A stretch of DNA of 64,000 nt, from positions 474 to 64,473 of the forward strand of contig SFLA01000002.1 in the NCBI GenBank assembly GCA_004553575.1, read 5' to 3'. The notes under the pieces were generated by a model. That model did not search any database. It worked only from the letters and a program-made list of their open reading frames with translations, and was not told the origin of the DNA. Made by a program: the position numbers and the translations under genes. Below, piece after piece: positions 8,821-17,905 of the stretch. Positions within the stretch are counted from its first letter, which is position 1, and each line of letters begins with the position of its first letter. This stretch comes from Clostridiales bacterium (GTDB taxonomy: Bacteria > Bacillota > Clostridia > Oscillospirales > CAG-382).

Positions 8821-9681
8821 TCAGTCTATGTCCTTAACAACCTTGTCGGGAGGATTATCCAGAACCGACGGGTTATTGAAGATGCTTTTTATGTATTTCA
8901 GCGCCGACGCAAAATAATGGCCGTCGCATATGCGCTCGTCGGTTACGACGCAGTAATCGATATATTTTTTATCGCTTACGGTGCCGTCCTGTGAAACAAT
9001 CGCTTCGCTGCGCTTCGCTCCGTAGGAAATAAACACCGGAAGATTGCCGAAGTTGTATATGTGGTGGTATATCGGCGGTATTCCGAGAGATCCCATGGAC
9101 GTGATTATCATCGAACCGTGGAACGGCGAAAGGCGGGTTAGCTTTCTCGGCAGCAGCATATAGAAGTCCAGCTTACGCAGAAGCCATACCGCGAATCTTA
9201 ACAAAAAGCGGGGCATACTGCAAAGTATGCGCGCGGTATCGTCGAAGTCGCTGTCGTCGGTTCTCGCCTTTTCCACCGCTTCGTTGATAATGCGGTATAC
9301 GTCGTCGGCGGTCGAATCCGGCTCGAATTCGAGCTTAAGCACCGTCTCCGGCGCGTTCAGCTCGAGGGATTTCTTTATGGTCATGGCAATTTCTATGTTG
9401 TTGCGGGAATATATGCGGAGTCCGCGAATAAAACGGTTTATGCCGGGACGCTGTGAGATCGTTCTGACATACGCCGCAATGATAAGGTGCATTATCCCGA
9501 AGCCCTTAAGCCCCTCGGCGCGCTTTTTGAAAATATAATCGTCGGTTGCTGACGTCTCGAAGCTGTCGCGTATGTAGTTGCAGGCGTCGTTGCGCTGCGG
9601 CATTATCATAACCGCCACGTGGTTCATGGGGCAAAGCGTCCTTACACGGCGCCCTTCCTTGCGAACACTGTTTATTTCCAT
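8821..9681 (-). CDS. stand-alone 2-oxoacid dehydrogenase E2 catalytic-domain-like acyltransferase
   Basis: GAGGAGG RBS. The C-terminal block VVTDERICDGHYFASALKYIKSIFNNPSVL matches the DHRxxDG..F...L....L..P..L signature of the E2/CAT fold, but with Glu in place of His. No lipoyl or E3-binding domains. Confidence 0.65.
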   Translation of the reverse strand: MEINSVRKEGRRVRTLCPMNHVAVMIMPQRNDACNYIRDSFETSATDDYIFKKRAEGLKGFGIMHLIIAAYVRTISQRPGINRFIRGLRIYSRNNIEIAMTIKKSLELNAPETVLKLEFEPDSTADDVYRIINEAVEKARTDDSDFDDTARILCSMPRFLLRFAVWLLRKLDFYMLLPRKLTRLSPFHGSMIITSMGSLGIPPIYHHIYNFGNLPVFISYGAKRSEAIVSQDGTVSDKKYIDYCVVTDERICDGHYFASALKYIKSIFNNPSVLDNPPDKVVKDID

Positions 9682-9755
9682 ATATAATCAGGCCTCCTCG
9701 GTTTTATCAGCCCATTATAAAGCCTTTGTCCGACAAAGTCAATGCTTTGTTGACA

Positions 9756-9793
9756 CTTGATTTTCCGTATAATCCTTGATTTTCCGTATAATC
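9756..9793 (+). repeat. perfect tandem duplication of a 19-nt unit
   Basis: CTTGATTTTCCGTATAATC occurs at 9756-9774 and again at 9775-9793. Confidence 0.95.
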
Positions 9794-9804
9794 GATGATA
9801 TAAT
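9776..9804 (+). promoter_or_regulatory. sigma-A type promoter for the first SBP pair
   Basis: TTGATT (9776-9781, inside repeat copy 2), 17 nt, TATAAT (9799-9804). It lies 30 nt upstream of ATG 9835. Confidence 0.5.
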
Positions 9805-9834
9805 TATACGCATATATATCGACGGGAGAGAACT

Positions 9835-11310
9835 ATGAAAAAGAACATAGCTTTAATACTTGCGATCATTTTGCTTATGTGCGCTCTTGCCGCCTGCAAT
9901 ACCGATAACGGCGGGCACGAATCCTCCGAATCGGGCGGAAGTTTTATAGACAGCCTGACAGGTGTCGATTACGGCGGCGCAGAGGTAACCTTCCTTACCT
10001 GCGGCATACATCAGACCGCTTCCTCCGAGATACTGCCGAACAGCTATTCCGACGAAGAAAACTCGGTGCTCGAGGTGGTTAACGATGCGCTTTCCGAGCG
10101 GTATAATCTTGTCGAGGAGAAGATCGGAGTCGTTATCCGGGAGCAGTACATATACGATCCTTCCCGTCACGGCGGCACCATGATCGAGCATATACGCAAC
10201 ACGCTTGCCTCCGGCACCGACGCATATCAGGTCTGCGTTCCGGACCTGTACGACGCTGCCACGCTTTCGGCAGAGGGCCTGCTTATCGATCTTAACACCG
10301 TCCCGAATCTCGATCTTACCTCGTCCTGGTGGGATCAGTCGTTCAATTCCGAAATAACCATTGCCGGACACACCTATTTTACGATAGGCGACATAGGTCT
10401 GGTCAACAAGGATGCTACTCCCTGTATTGCCTTCAACAAGAATCTGTTTGAGGAATACGACCTTGAGAATCCGTACGATCTCGTAGACAGCGGAAGCTGG
10501 ACTATCGATAAGCTGATCGAGTTTTCAAAGCATCTGAGCAACGACCTCAATAACGACGGCGTTATCGATTACAGCGACGAATTCGGATACGGCGGACAGT
10601 ACGACGATATCTGGTGCATGTTCTACGGCTCCGGAGAGCGTCTTGCTTCTATCGGATCCGACGGATATCCGTATCTTACCGTGTATAACGAAAGATCGGT
10701 ATCCGTAGTCGATAACATTCTTAAGCTTATGCAGGACGACCTCCACTATGTGTCCGCAAACGATTACTTCGGGGTTTCGCAATACCCGGCGGAGCTCGTT
10801 ACCCAGGCATTTATAGACGGCAGGTCTCTGTTCAATTATTCCGATATAGGCGATACCGACGATTTCCGCGATATGGCCGACGACTTCGGTCTGCTTCCGA
10901 TTCCCAAATACAGCGAGGAGCAGGAGGAGTACAATACCCTTATAAACTGCTGGACCTCAAACGCCTTCTGTATTCCCTATACCGTGGAAGGGGAAACGCT
11001 TGAGATGACCGGTCTCACGCTGGAGCTTATGGGAGCCATAAGCGAGGATATCCTTGTTCATGCGTATTACGACGTCGCACTGCAGTATCAGAAGACCCGC
11101 GATGACGATACCGTGCGAATGCTCGACATTATTTTCAGCACCCGCGGCTGCGACCTCGGAATGGTTTTCCAGTGGGGCGGGCTCGACACCATGCTCCATT
11201 CCCTGATAACCTCCGAAAGCGGAGCCTTTGCATCGGTATACGAGACCTATAAGGGCAAAGCAGAGGCGGACATGAAGGAAACCGTAGATACCTACAAGAA
11301 ACTAAACTGA
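9835..11310 (+). CDS. large extracellular solute-binding lipoprotein (paralog 1)
   Basis: Signal peptide plus lipobox LAAC. 491 aa. Shares WWDQ.., FTIGDIGL, AYYDVALQYQKTRDDDTVRML blocks with 11337..12833, and the WWDQ / F(F)TIGDI / FNK blocks with 25278.. and 26900.. Confidence 0.8.
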   Translation: MKKNIALILAIILLMCALAACNTDNGGHESSESGGSFIDSLTGVDYGGAEVTFLTCGIHQTASSEILPNSYSDEENSVLEVVNDALSERYNLVEEKIGVVIREQYIYDPSRHGGTMIEHIRNTLASGTDAYQVCVPDLYDAATLSAEGLLIDLNTVPNLDLTSSWWDQSFNSEITIAGHTYFTIGDIGLVNKDATPCIAFNKNLFEEYDLENPYDLVDSGSWTIDKLIEFSKHLSNDLNNDGVIDYSDEFGYGGQYDDIWCMFYGSGERLASIGSDGYPYLTVYNERSVSVVDNILKLMQDDLHYVSANDYFGVSQYPAELVTQAFIDGRSLFNYSDIGDTDDFRDMADDFGLLPIPKYSEEQEEYNTLINCWTSNAFCIPYTVEGETLEMTGLTLELMGAISEDILVHAYYDVALQYQKTRDDDTVRMLDIIFSTRGCDLGMVFQWGGLDTMLHSLITSESGAFASVYETYKGKAEADMKETVDTYKKLN

Positions 11311-11336
11311 CGCCAAACGAAAACAGGAGGAAAAGT

Positions 11337-12833
11337 ATGAAAAAAACAATAGCATTTCTGCTTATTGCCGTTCTTGCGTGCGGAATTCTCGCCGCCTGCA
11401 ACGACGAAGGCGACCGCTCACGCGCCGATGTTTCCGAAACCAGCGGCAGCGGAAAGTATGTTGCCGATGTTCCCGACCGCGATTACGGCGGGGCTACCGT
11501 CACCTTCCTCACCTGCGGAGTCAACCAGACCGCTTCGTCCGAGATACTGTACAACGATTACGGCAGCGACGACGAGGAACAGATGATGGAGGTCGTCAAC
11601 GACGCCCTTCGCGAGCGCTACAATCAGGTGTACGAGAGCATTGGCGTAGTTATTAAGGAGCAGTACATATACGACGGGAGACGCTATAACGGCGAGATGA
11701 TAAACCATATCCGCAACGCTATCGCCGGCGGAACCGATACGTTCCAGGTCTGCGTTCCCTGCCTTTACGACTGTGCAACCCTCGCGGCCGAGGGACAGCT
11801 TATCGATCTGCTCGGAGAAGTTCCGTATCTTAACATGTCCCAGCCGTGGTGGGATCAGACCTTCAATTCCGAAATGACGATAGGCGGTTGCCTGTACTTC
11901 ACGATCGGAGATATCGGGCTTATCAACAAGGATTCAACCCCCTGCATAGCTTTTAACAAGGATCTTTTCAACGAGTATAATCTCGAAAGTCCGTACGATC
12001 TGGTCGACGACGGCAAATGGACGCTCGATAAGCTGATTGAGCTTTGCAAGAACATGAGCGTGGATCTTAACAACGACGGCGTTATCGATTACAGCGATAA
12101 ATTCGGTTACGGCGGGCAGTACGACGATATGTGGTATCTGTTCTACGGCTCGGGCGAGAGGATTGCCAGCCGGGACGCGGACGGATATCCGTATCTCACC
12201 ATGTATAACGACCGGTCGGCAACGGTTATCGATAAGATACTTGAGTTCATGCAGGACAAAGAGCATTATGTGTGTGCAAACAACTATTTCGGTGTTGTGA
12301 ACTGGCCGGCAGAGCTGGTAACCCAGGCGTTCGTAGAGGGCAGATCGCTGTTCAACCTCTCCGGTGTGGGCACGACCGATGCCTACCGTGACATGGAGGA
12401 CGATTTCGGTCTGGTGCCGATACCCAAGTTCAATGAGGAACAGGAAAACTACTACTCCATGGTAAATCCGTGGACATCCAACGCCTTCTGTATTCCGATA
12501 AGCGTTGAGGGCGACGCGCTCGAGATGACCGGAATAACCCTCGAGGTCATGGGCGCGGTAAGCAAGAATATACTTGCAACTGCGTATTACGACGTCGCAC
12601 TGCAGTATCAGAAAACCCGCGATGACGATACCGTGCGCATGCTCGAGATTATATTCAATTCCCGCGGCTGCGATCTCGGCACTATATACAAGTGGGGACT
12701 GCTTGATAATCTGCTCCACGAGCTTATAACCATGCCTCGCGGCTCGTTTGCGTCGCAGTACGAGGCAAAGTCTGCGGCGGCGCAGTCTGCAATGGAGGAG
12801 ACCATCAACTTCTACAAGTCAAACGAGAAATAA
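11337..12833 (+). CDS. large extracellular solute-binding lipoprotein (paralog 2)
   Basis: AGGAGG RBS, lipobox LAAC, 498 aa. Collinear with paralog 1 over its whole length. Confidence 0.8.
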   Translation: MKKTIAFLLIAVLACGILAACNDEGDRSRADVSETSGSGKYVADVPDRDYGGATVTFLTCGVNQTASSEILYNDYGSDDEEQMMEVVNDALRERYNQVYESIGVVIKEQYIYDGRRYNGEMINHIRNAIAGGTDTFQVCVPCLYDCATLAAEGQLIDLLGEVPYLNMSQPWWDQTFNSEMTIGGCLYFTIGDIGLINKDSTPCIAFNKDLFNEYNLESPYDLVDDGKWTLDKLIELCKNMSVDLNNDGVIDYSDKFGYGGQYDDMWYLFYGSGERIASRDADGYPYLTMYNDRSATVIDKILEFMQDKEHYVCANNYFGVVNWPAELVTQAFVEGRSLFNLSGVGTTDAYRDMEDDFGLVPIPKFNEEQENYYSMVNPWTSNAFCIPISVEGDALEMTGITLEVMGAVSKNILATAYYDVALQYQKTRDDDTVRMLEIIFNSRGCDLGTIYKWGLLDNLLHELITMPRGSFASQYEAKSAAAQSAMEETINFYKSNEK

Positions 12834-12855
12834 ACCGCATTGCCGTAAAACATTC

Positions 12856-12890
12856 ACCGCCCCGGAGGAACTGCTCCGGGGCGGTTTTTG
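12856..12890. terminator. intrinsic terminator between convergent genes
   Basis: ACCGCCCCGGAG (12856-12867) pairs with CTCCGGGGCGGT (12874-12885), followed by TTTT. Confidence 0.8.
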
Positions 12891-12922
12891 TCTTGTTAGT
12901 TCTCTGCCGCACGCCGGCTTCG

Positions 12923-13672
12923 TCAGCCGGCGGCGGGAGCGGTCTTTTCTTTTATTATACGCTCGACCTCGCGCAGATCCTGCTCGGTATTCACGCCTGC
13001 AAGCTCCTTTTCGTCCGCTGCCGTTACGGCGGTTACCTTTTTTCCTTCTGCAATCATCAGCTTAGGGACGTCGGTCAGGTAGTATTCACCGCTGACCGGG
13101 CTCGGGGTTATCCTGTCGAGACAGCCGAACAGCGCACGGGAATCGAAGATATATATGCCTCCGTTCAGCTCGCGGACAGCCTTCTGGGCGTCGGTCGCGT
13201 CGCGGTGTTCGACAATCCCTGCAACATTTCCGTTTTCGTCGCGTATGATATGTCCGAACGGGGGTATCTCCCCGGTCACGATAAAACTGAGTACGGTGCA
13301 GGCGCTTCCGCTTTTGCGGTGGTGCTCCGCCAGCGCGAGAACGCTCTCCCTGCGCAGAAGCGGCATGTCTCCGTTAATCACAAGGATTTCGCCGTCGTAA
13401 TCCTCAAAGTACCTCCGGGCGCACATAACCGCGTGCCCGGTGCCCTTCTGTTCCTCCTGCACCGCATAGGAGTATTGAGGAAACGCTTTCATTATCGCTT
13501 CGCGCGAATAACCGACGAGTATTACCTTATCCTCCGGCGGGATAAAATCGGTGTATTCGAGTACATATTGAAGCAAAGGCTTGCCGCAGGCGAGCCGCAT
13601 TACCTTCGGAATATTTGTGATGTCGCTGCCGAGTCTTTTGCCCTTGCCCCCGGCGAGAATAAGAGCTTTCAT
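12923..13672 (-). CDS. sugar-phosphate nucleotidyltransferase (GlmU N-terminal-domain-like)
   Basis: Track ORF 12923..14047 trimmed to ATG 13672 (product MKALILAGGKGKRL..) with a GGAGG RBS. LAGGxGxRL and EEQKGTGHAV motifs. No left-handed beta-helix acetyltransferase domain. Confidence 0.8.
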   Translation of the reverse strand: MKALILAGGKGKRLGSDITNIPKVMRLACGKPLLQYVLEYTDFIPPEDKVILVGYSREAIMKAFPQYSYAVQEEQKGTGHAVMCARRYFEDYDGEILVINGDMPLLRRESVLALAEHHRKSGSACTVLSFIVTGEIPPFGHIIRDENGNVAGIVEHRDATDAQKAVRELNGGIYIFDSRALFGCLDRITPSPVSGEYYLTDVPKLMIAEGKKVTAVTAADEKELAGVNTEQDLREVERIIKEKTAPAAG

Positions 13673-13757
13673 CGTAACAACCTCCGGCTTTCCGCATATA
13701 TTTGGTATTAGTATATAACCTGACGGCTTCGCTGTCAATCGTTTTGGAGGGATTTTT

Positions 13758-14789
13758 GTGGCGGACTGTTTTGCCGGAGCAAATACCGAGATCGGATACA
13801 GGGGGTATTTACCGAATATTCTTGCGTCTTCGGACAGGGTTTTTATAATAAAGGGGTCTCCCGGAAGCGGCAAATCTACGCTTATGAAGCGGGTAGCCGA
13901 GACCGCGGAGTCCGAAGGACACAGGGTGGACCGGGTGTTCTGCTCTGCGGATCCGTTGTCGCTGGACGCGGTTATCGTTCCCGGGCTTTCGATTGCTGTC
14001 GCCGACGGCACTTCACCGCACACCATGGACACGCCGGAGGTAGGCATCCGCGATACGCTTATCGATCTCGGAAGATATCTGGATACCGGTGTGCTCGCCG
14101 CACGTGCCGCGGAGGTGCGCGATATTGTTCGCGAAAAGAAGCTGCGCTATGCCGAAGCGTATAAATTCATATCGGCGGCGGTAAACGCTTCGCGGGCGGC
14201 TGCGGACGCGGTATGCCGTTCGCTCGACCGCGAAAAGCTGGAACGGTATCTCGACCGTCTGTATGCGGGACACATCCGCTCCGGGCGGAAGGGAGACGTG
14301 GAGTACCGTCCCGCAGCGGCTTTTACCGGAAGCGGCAGGGAGGTCGCCGACGCTTTTCCCGAAGCGGAAACGGTATACGAGGTAACCCGCGGGAGAGGCA
14401 GCGGGAGCGCCGTACTTTCCGGTCTGCTGCGGCGTGCCGAAGCCGAAGGAGAAGAGACGGTTGTATCGCCGTCCGAAACCGATTCGGAATTGCTTAACGC
14501 CGTGTATTTTCCCGGCAGGGCGGTGCTTGTGTGCGATTCGAGGCTCGGATTCCGTGCCGACAGGCATATTAATATGGAAAGGTTTATTAAGAAAGACCTG
14601 CTTCGCACCTGTTCGGGATTCGTGCGCATGGCAGGAACACTTGCGTCGGGACTGTACGATTCGGCGGAGGAAAGATTGCGGGAAGCCGGGAAGCTTCACG
14701 GCATTCTGGAACGTATATACGGCGAGGCAATGGATTTTTCCGGCATCGACGCGGAATACAATCGCATAGCGGCGTATATACGGGCATAA
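13758..14789 (+). CDS. P-loop NTPase of unknown function
   Basis: GTG 13758 follows GGAGGG. Walker A GSPGSGKST. 343 aa. Resembles the uncharacterised Firmicute ATPase family I recall as PRK06851-like; this assignment is not verifiable here. Confidence 0.6.
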   Translation: MADCFAGANTEIGYRGYLPNILASSDRVFIIKGSPGSGKSTLMKRVAETAESEGHRVDRVFCSADPLSLDAVIVPGLSIAVADGTSPHTMDTPEVGIRDTLIDLGRYLDTGVLAARAAEVRDIVREKKLRYAEAYKFISAAVNASRAAADAVCRSLDREKLERYLDRLYAGHIRSGRKGDVEYRPAAAFTGSGREVADAFPEAETVYEVTRGRGSGSAVLSGLLRRAEAEGEETVVSPSETDSELLNAVYFPGRAVLVCDSRLGFRADRHINMERFIKKDLLRTCSGFVRMAGTLASGLYDSAEERLREAGKLHGILERIYGEAMDFSGIDAEYNRIAAYIRA

Positions 14790-14835
14790 ACCCGCACGGG
14801 CACGCATACGTTTATTGCGAAGGAGCGTGCTTGGT

Positions 14836-15258
14836 ATGAACGGTTCGGAAGGAATAATGAAGGGTTCACTGATCGGATTCGGAACGATGGTCGGAACGGT
14901 TGTGGTTTTGTCGACATTACTTACGCTTGCGGTATCCAAATCGGCAGATCCTTCGTCGGCAGTCACTGCGGTTTCATGCGCGTCGCTGCTTGTCGGAGGT
15001 GCGGCGGGCGGAGCGGTCGCCGCCCGCGTCAGCCGAACTCCCGTTTCATCGGTGCTGGCTGCGGGTATGCTGCTGGTTTTGTTTGCGGCAGCAGCTTTGT
15101 TTATCCAAGATGACATGAGCGCGGTGCGCAGACTTCTGCCGCCGGTATGTATGTTTGCGGGCGCGACGGCGGCGGGGCTTGCGGTATGCGCAAAAAAGGT
15201 ATCCGCGGCGGATATGATAAAAAAGAACGCCCGCCGTGCGGCGGGCGGACGTAAATAG
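14836..15258 (+). CDS. small polytopic membrane protein (possibly YrzE/TIGR04086-like)
   Basis: ATG 14836 lies 9 nt after AAGGAG. About 4 Gly/Ala-rich TM helices and a basic tail. Confidence 0.5.
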   Translation: MNGSEGIMKGSLIGFGTMVGTVVVLSTLLTLAVSKSADPSSAVTAVSCASLLVGGAAGGAVAARVSRTPVSSVLAAGMLLVLFAAAALFIQDDMSAVRRLLPPVCMFAGATAAGLAVCAKKVSAADMIKKNARRAAGGRK

Positions 15259-15289
15259 TATCGCTTGTATCTGACGGAACATATGTCCG

Positions 15290-15964
15290 TTACGGAGTGC
15301 GTGCCGCGCAGGCACGCACCACCTGACGTACGCCGGCTTCGTGCAGGATCGACGCACATTCCGAAAGCGTCGCGCCGGTGGTCGTAACGTCGTCGACAAG
15401 AAGCACGCGGCGGTAATCCGCCGCCTCCGGCAGTGCATAAAATACCTTCTTAACATTTCTTCGTCTTCCGGCGGCATCGAGCAGCTTCTGCTCGGTGCCG
15501 CTTTTGCGCCGTCCGAGCAATACGGCGAGCGGTATTCCCAACGCTTTTGCCGCTCCTTCCGCTATAAGCTTCGACTGATCCCCGCCGTATTCTGCGGAGC
15601 GCGATTTCATACGCGGAACGAAGGTCACCGCGTCGAACCCGCGGCTTTTTTCGCGGAGCACCTTTTCGGCAATAAGACAGCCCAGAAACGCGGCGGTTCG
15701 CCGATCGGGGCGGCGCTTCAGCGACCGTATTATCTGCTTACCTGCTTCGCTTCGGTAATAGAACAAAAACAGCGTTTCCGATCCTCCGGGGCATAGGCAG
15801 TCGCTTTTTGAGCATCCGCATTCCGGGCACGGAGCGGTAAGCAGAGACTGGAATTCCGCGGCGCAGTCGCCGCACAGCGGAAGCCTTCCGTCGGCCGCCG
15901 GATCGCCGCAGATACAACAGGCAGGCACGAACAGGCGGTCGGCAATAAGTTCAGTCAGCTTCAC
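15290..15964 (-). CDS. comFC: ComF family protein (phosphoribosyltransferase-like, ComFC)
   Basis: N-terminal Cys4 finger (CCICGD..CGDC). PRT motif VLLVDDVTTTGATL. The start is uncertain: GTG 15964 was chosen, and the track ORF extends to 16027. It overlaps the upstream gene's stop. Confidence 0.75.
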   Translation of the reverse strand: MKLTELIADRLFVPACCICGDPAADGRLPLCGDCAAEFQSLLTAPCPECGCSKSDCLCPGGSETLFLFYYRSEAGKQIIRSLKRRPDRRTAAFLGCLIAEKVLREKSRGFDAVTFVPRMKSRSAEYGGDQSKLIAEGAAKALGIPLAVLLGRRKSGTEQKLLDAAGRRRNVKKVFYALPEAADYRRVLLVDDVTTTGATLSECASILHEAGVRQVVRACAARTP

Positions 15965-16715
15965 TTTTCGTTTTACGGTGCCTTTCGTGCACCGACCAGC
16001 CGTCAACACCGCTTCGCTCCAGAGCACCGAACAGACGAACCTTAAGTCCGCGGTCGTTTTTCGACATATCCGCGAGCAGCTTTTTTATCTCCGCGCGCTT
16101 GGTGTTCCCGTCCGCCGGACAGTACTTCGGCGACGGCTCAATGCCGTTTTTTCGAATAAATGCAGTTATCTCCTTTTCCGGGCAGTAAATCAACGGGCGT
16201 ATCATCGTAATCCCGGAGCGGTCAAGATAAGTCACCGGCGAAAAGCAGCCGAACCTTCCCTCGATAAGCAGATTCATCATAAGCGTTTCGACAGTGTCGT
16301 CGAAGTGATGTCCGAGCGCGACCTTGTTGCAGCCCAGCTTAACCGCGGCGGAATTCAGCGCGCCGCGCCGCATATTTGCGCACAGCGAACAGGGGAACTT
16401 CTCTTTTCTTATATTGAATACTATCTCGTATACGTCGGACGGCAGCAGAGTCAGAGTAAGCCCGAGCTGATCGCAGAGAAGCTGTATATTCGAAAACCCG
16501 GCACCGGGAAACCCCGCATCGAGAGTGACCGGGAACAGCTCGTATTCCGCGCCGTAGAATCTTTTCAGCAGTGCGAGAGTTACGAGCAGGGTGAGCGAGT
16601 CCTTCCCGCCGGATACCCCCACGGCTATTCTGTCGCCGCTTTCGATCATGCCGTAATCGGTGCAGGCACGGCGGGCATAACCGAGTATTTTCTGTATTCC
16701 CGCAAATTCACGCAT
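15951..16715 (-). CDS. PP-loop ATPase, tRNA 2-thiocytidine synthase (TtcA)-like
   Basis: SGGKDS PP-loop, CSLCANMRRG, GHHFDD. AAGGGAG RBS. Confidence 0.8.
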   Translation of the reverse strand: MREFAGIQKILGYARRACTDYGMIESGDRIAVGVSGGKDSLTLLVTLALLKRFYGAEYELFPVTLDAGFPGAGFSNIQLLCDQLGLTLTLLPSDVYEIVFNIRKEKFPCSLCANMRRGALNSAAVKLGCNKVALGHHFDDTVETLMMNLLIEGRFGCFSPVTYLDRSGITMIRPLIYCPEKEITAFIRKNGIEPSPKYCPADGNTKRAEIKKLLADMSKNDRGLKVRLFGALERSGVDGWSVHERHRKTKSEAD

Positions 16716-16874
16716 AAACGCACACTCCCTTACAGCATACGATTATACACTGTCTTTGCGGTAAAATCAACAACCGTGCGCACGGAAAGCGTGTTTTGCA
16801 ACCGAGAAAAAACGACGAAACGCAAGGAAAACGCAAAAAATACCGCCGATTTTGAAAAAATAATGTTTTGCCTA

Positions 16875-16903
16875 TTGACAAACCGAACTTTCGTGGTATA
16901 ATG
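16875..16903 (+). promoter_or_regulatory. sigma-A consensus promoter of rplM-rpsI
   Basis: TTGACA (16875-16880), 17 nt, TATAAT (16898-16903) with TGg extension. Confidence 0.65.
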
Positions 16904-16946
16904 GTCGGGCGTGAAAAAAGAATTTAACATAAACGGAGGATAAACC

Positions 16947-17378
16947 ATGTCCACATTCATGCTCAGGGCCGAGGATGTCGAGCGTAAGTGGTACGTGATC
17001 GACGCCGAGGGCAAAACGCTCGGCAAGGTCGCAGTTGCCGCCGCAACGATACTCAACGGCAAGCATAAGCCCGAATACACCCCGCATATCGACTGCGGAG
17101 ACTGCGTAATAGTTATCAACGCAGAAAAGCTGGTTCTTACCGGCAAGAAAGCCGAGCAGAAGGTGTACTATCACCACAGCGGCTATATCGGCGGCCTCAA
17201 GGCTGTAAAGTACAGCACCCTTATGGCTCAGAAGCCCGAGAAGGTCGTAGAGCTTGCGGTTAAGGGAATGCTTCCCAAAAACAAGATAGGCGATGCGTCG
17301 ATAGCGCGTCTCAGAGTTTACAGAGGCGCCGAGCACGAGCAGGCAGCGCAGCAGCCCATTGCCGTAGAAGTTAAGTAA
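16947..17378 (+). CDS. rplM: 50S ribosomal protein L13
   Basis: 143 aa. [16 protein letters not shown].. and [10 protein letters not shown] blocks. GGAGGA RBS. Confidence 0.95.
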   Translation: MSTFMLRAEDVERKWYVIDAEGKTLGKVAVAAATILNGKHKPEYTPHIDCGDCVIVINAEKLVLTGKKAEQKVYYHHSGYIGGLKAVKYSTLMAQKPEKVVELAVKGMLPKNKIGDASIARLRVYRGAEHEQAAQQPIAVEVK

Positions 17379-17395
17379 GAGGAGGAACGGTAACA

Positions 17396-17803
17396 ATGAC
17401 ATATACACCCGCAACGCCGTATTTCTACGGCACAGGCAGAAGAAAGTCCAGCGTCGCCAGAGTCCGCCTCATTCCCGGCACCGGCGTTATTACCGTTAAC
17501 GGCAGAGATATAGACGATTACTTCGGTCTCGAGACCCTTAAGCTCATCGTTCGTCAGCCGTTCGTGGTCACTTCCACTCTCGGCAAGTTCGACGTGATAT
17601 GCAAGGTCGAGGGCGGCGGAATTTCCGGCCAGGCAGGCGCCGTAAGACACGGCGTGGCACGCGCTCTCCTTCAGGCGAACGAGGCGGAGTACCGTCCGTT
17701 GCTCAAGAAGGCGGGTCTGCTTACCCGCGACCCTCGTATGAAGGAAAGAAAGAAGTACGGTCTGAAAGCGGCTCGCCGTGCCAGCCAGTTCTCCAAGAGA
17801 TAA
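17396..17803 (+). CDS. rpsI: 30S ribosomal protein S9
   Basis: 135 aa. [12 protein letters not shown].., [14 protein letters not shown].., C-terminal RRASQFSKR. Confidence 0.95.
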   Translation: MTYTPATPYFYGTGRRKSSVARVRLIPGTGVITVNGRDIDDYFGLETLKLIVRQPFVVTSTLGKFDVICKVEGGGISGQAGAVRHGVARALLQANEAEYRPLLKKAGLLTRDPRMKERKKYGLKAARRASQFSKR

Positions 17804-17827
17804 CAATTTCCTTTTCGGATTACGGAA

Positions 17828-17853
17828 GGCGGACGCCGTGCGTCCGCCTTTTT
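17828..17853 (+). terminator. intrinsic terminator after rpsI
   Basis: GGCGGACGC cgt GCGTCCGCC, followed by TTTTT. Confidence 0.85.
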
Positions 17854-17905
17854 CCATGGATTTTGAAGAAAACCCAAACTGTTTGCTGAATTTTGAGGTA
17901 TATTT

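Noticed and set aside
11059-11160. Nearly identical DNA blocks shared by tandem SBP paralogs (11059.. versus 12583.., and 26545.. versus 28165..) as evidence of gene conversion
   Set aside because: The blocks coincide with the most conserved protein segment. Elevated identity can be explained by purifying selection, and no statistical test is possible here.
14013-15359. 448-aa minus-strand ORF
   Set aside because: Antisense to the P-loop NTPase and the small membrane protein genes, and it runs into comFC. The product is Arg/Ala/Pro-rich with no recognisable domain.
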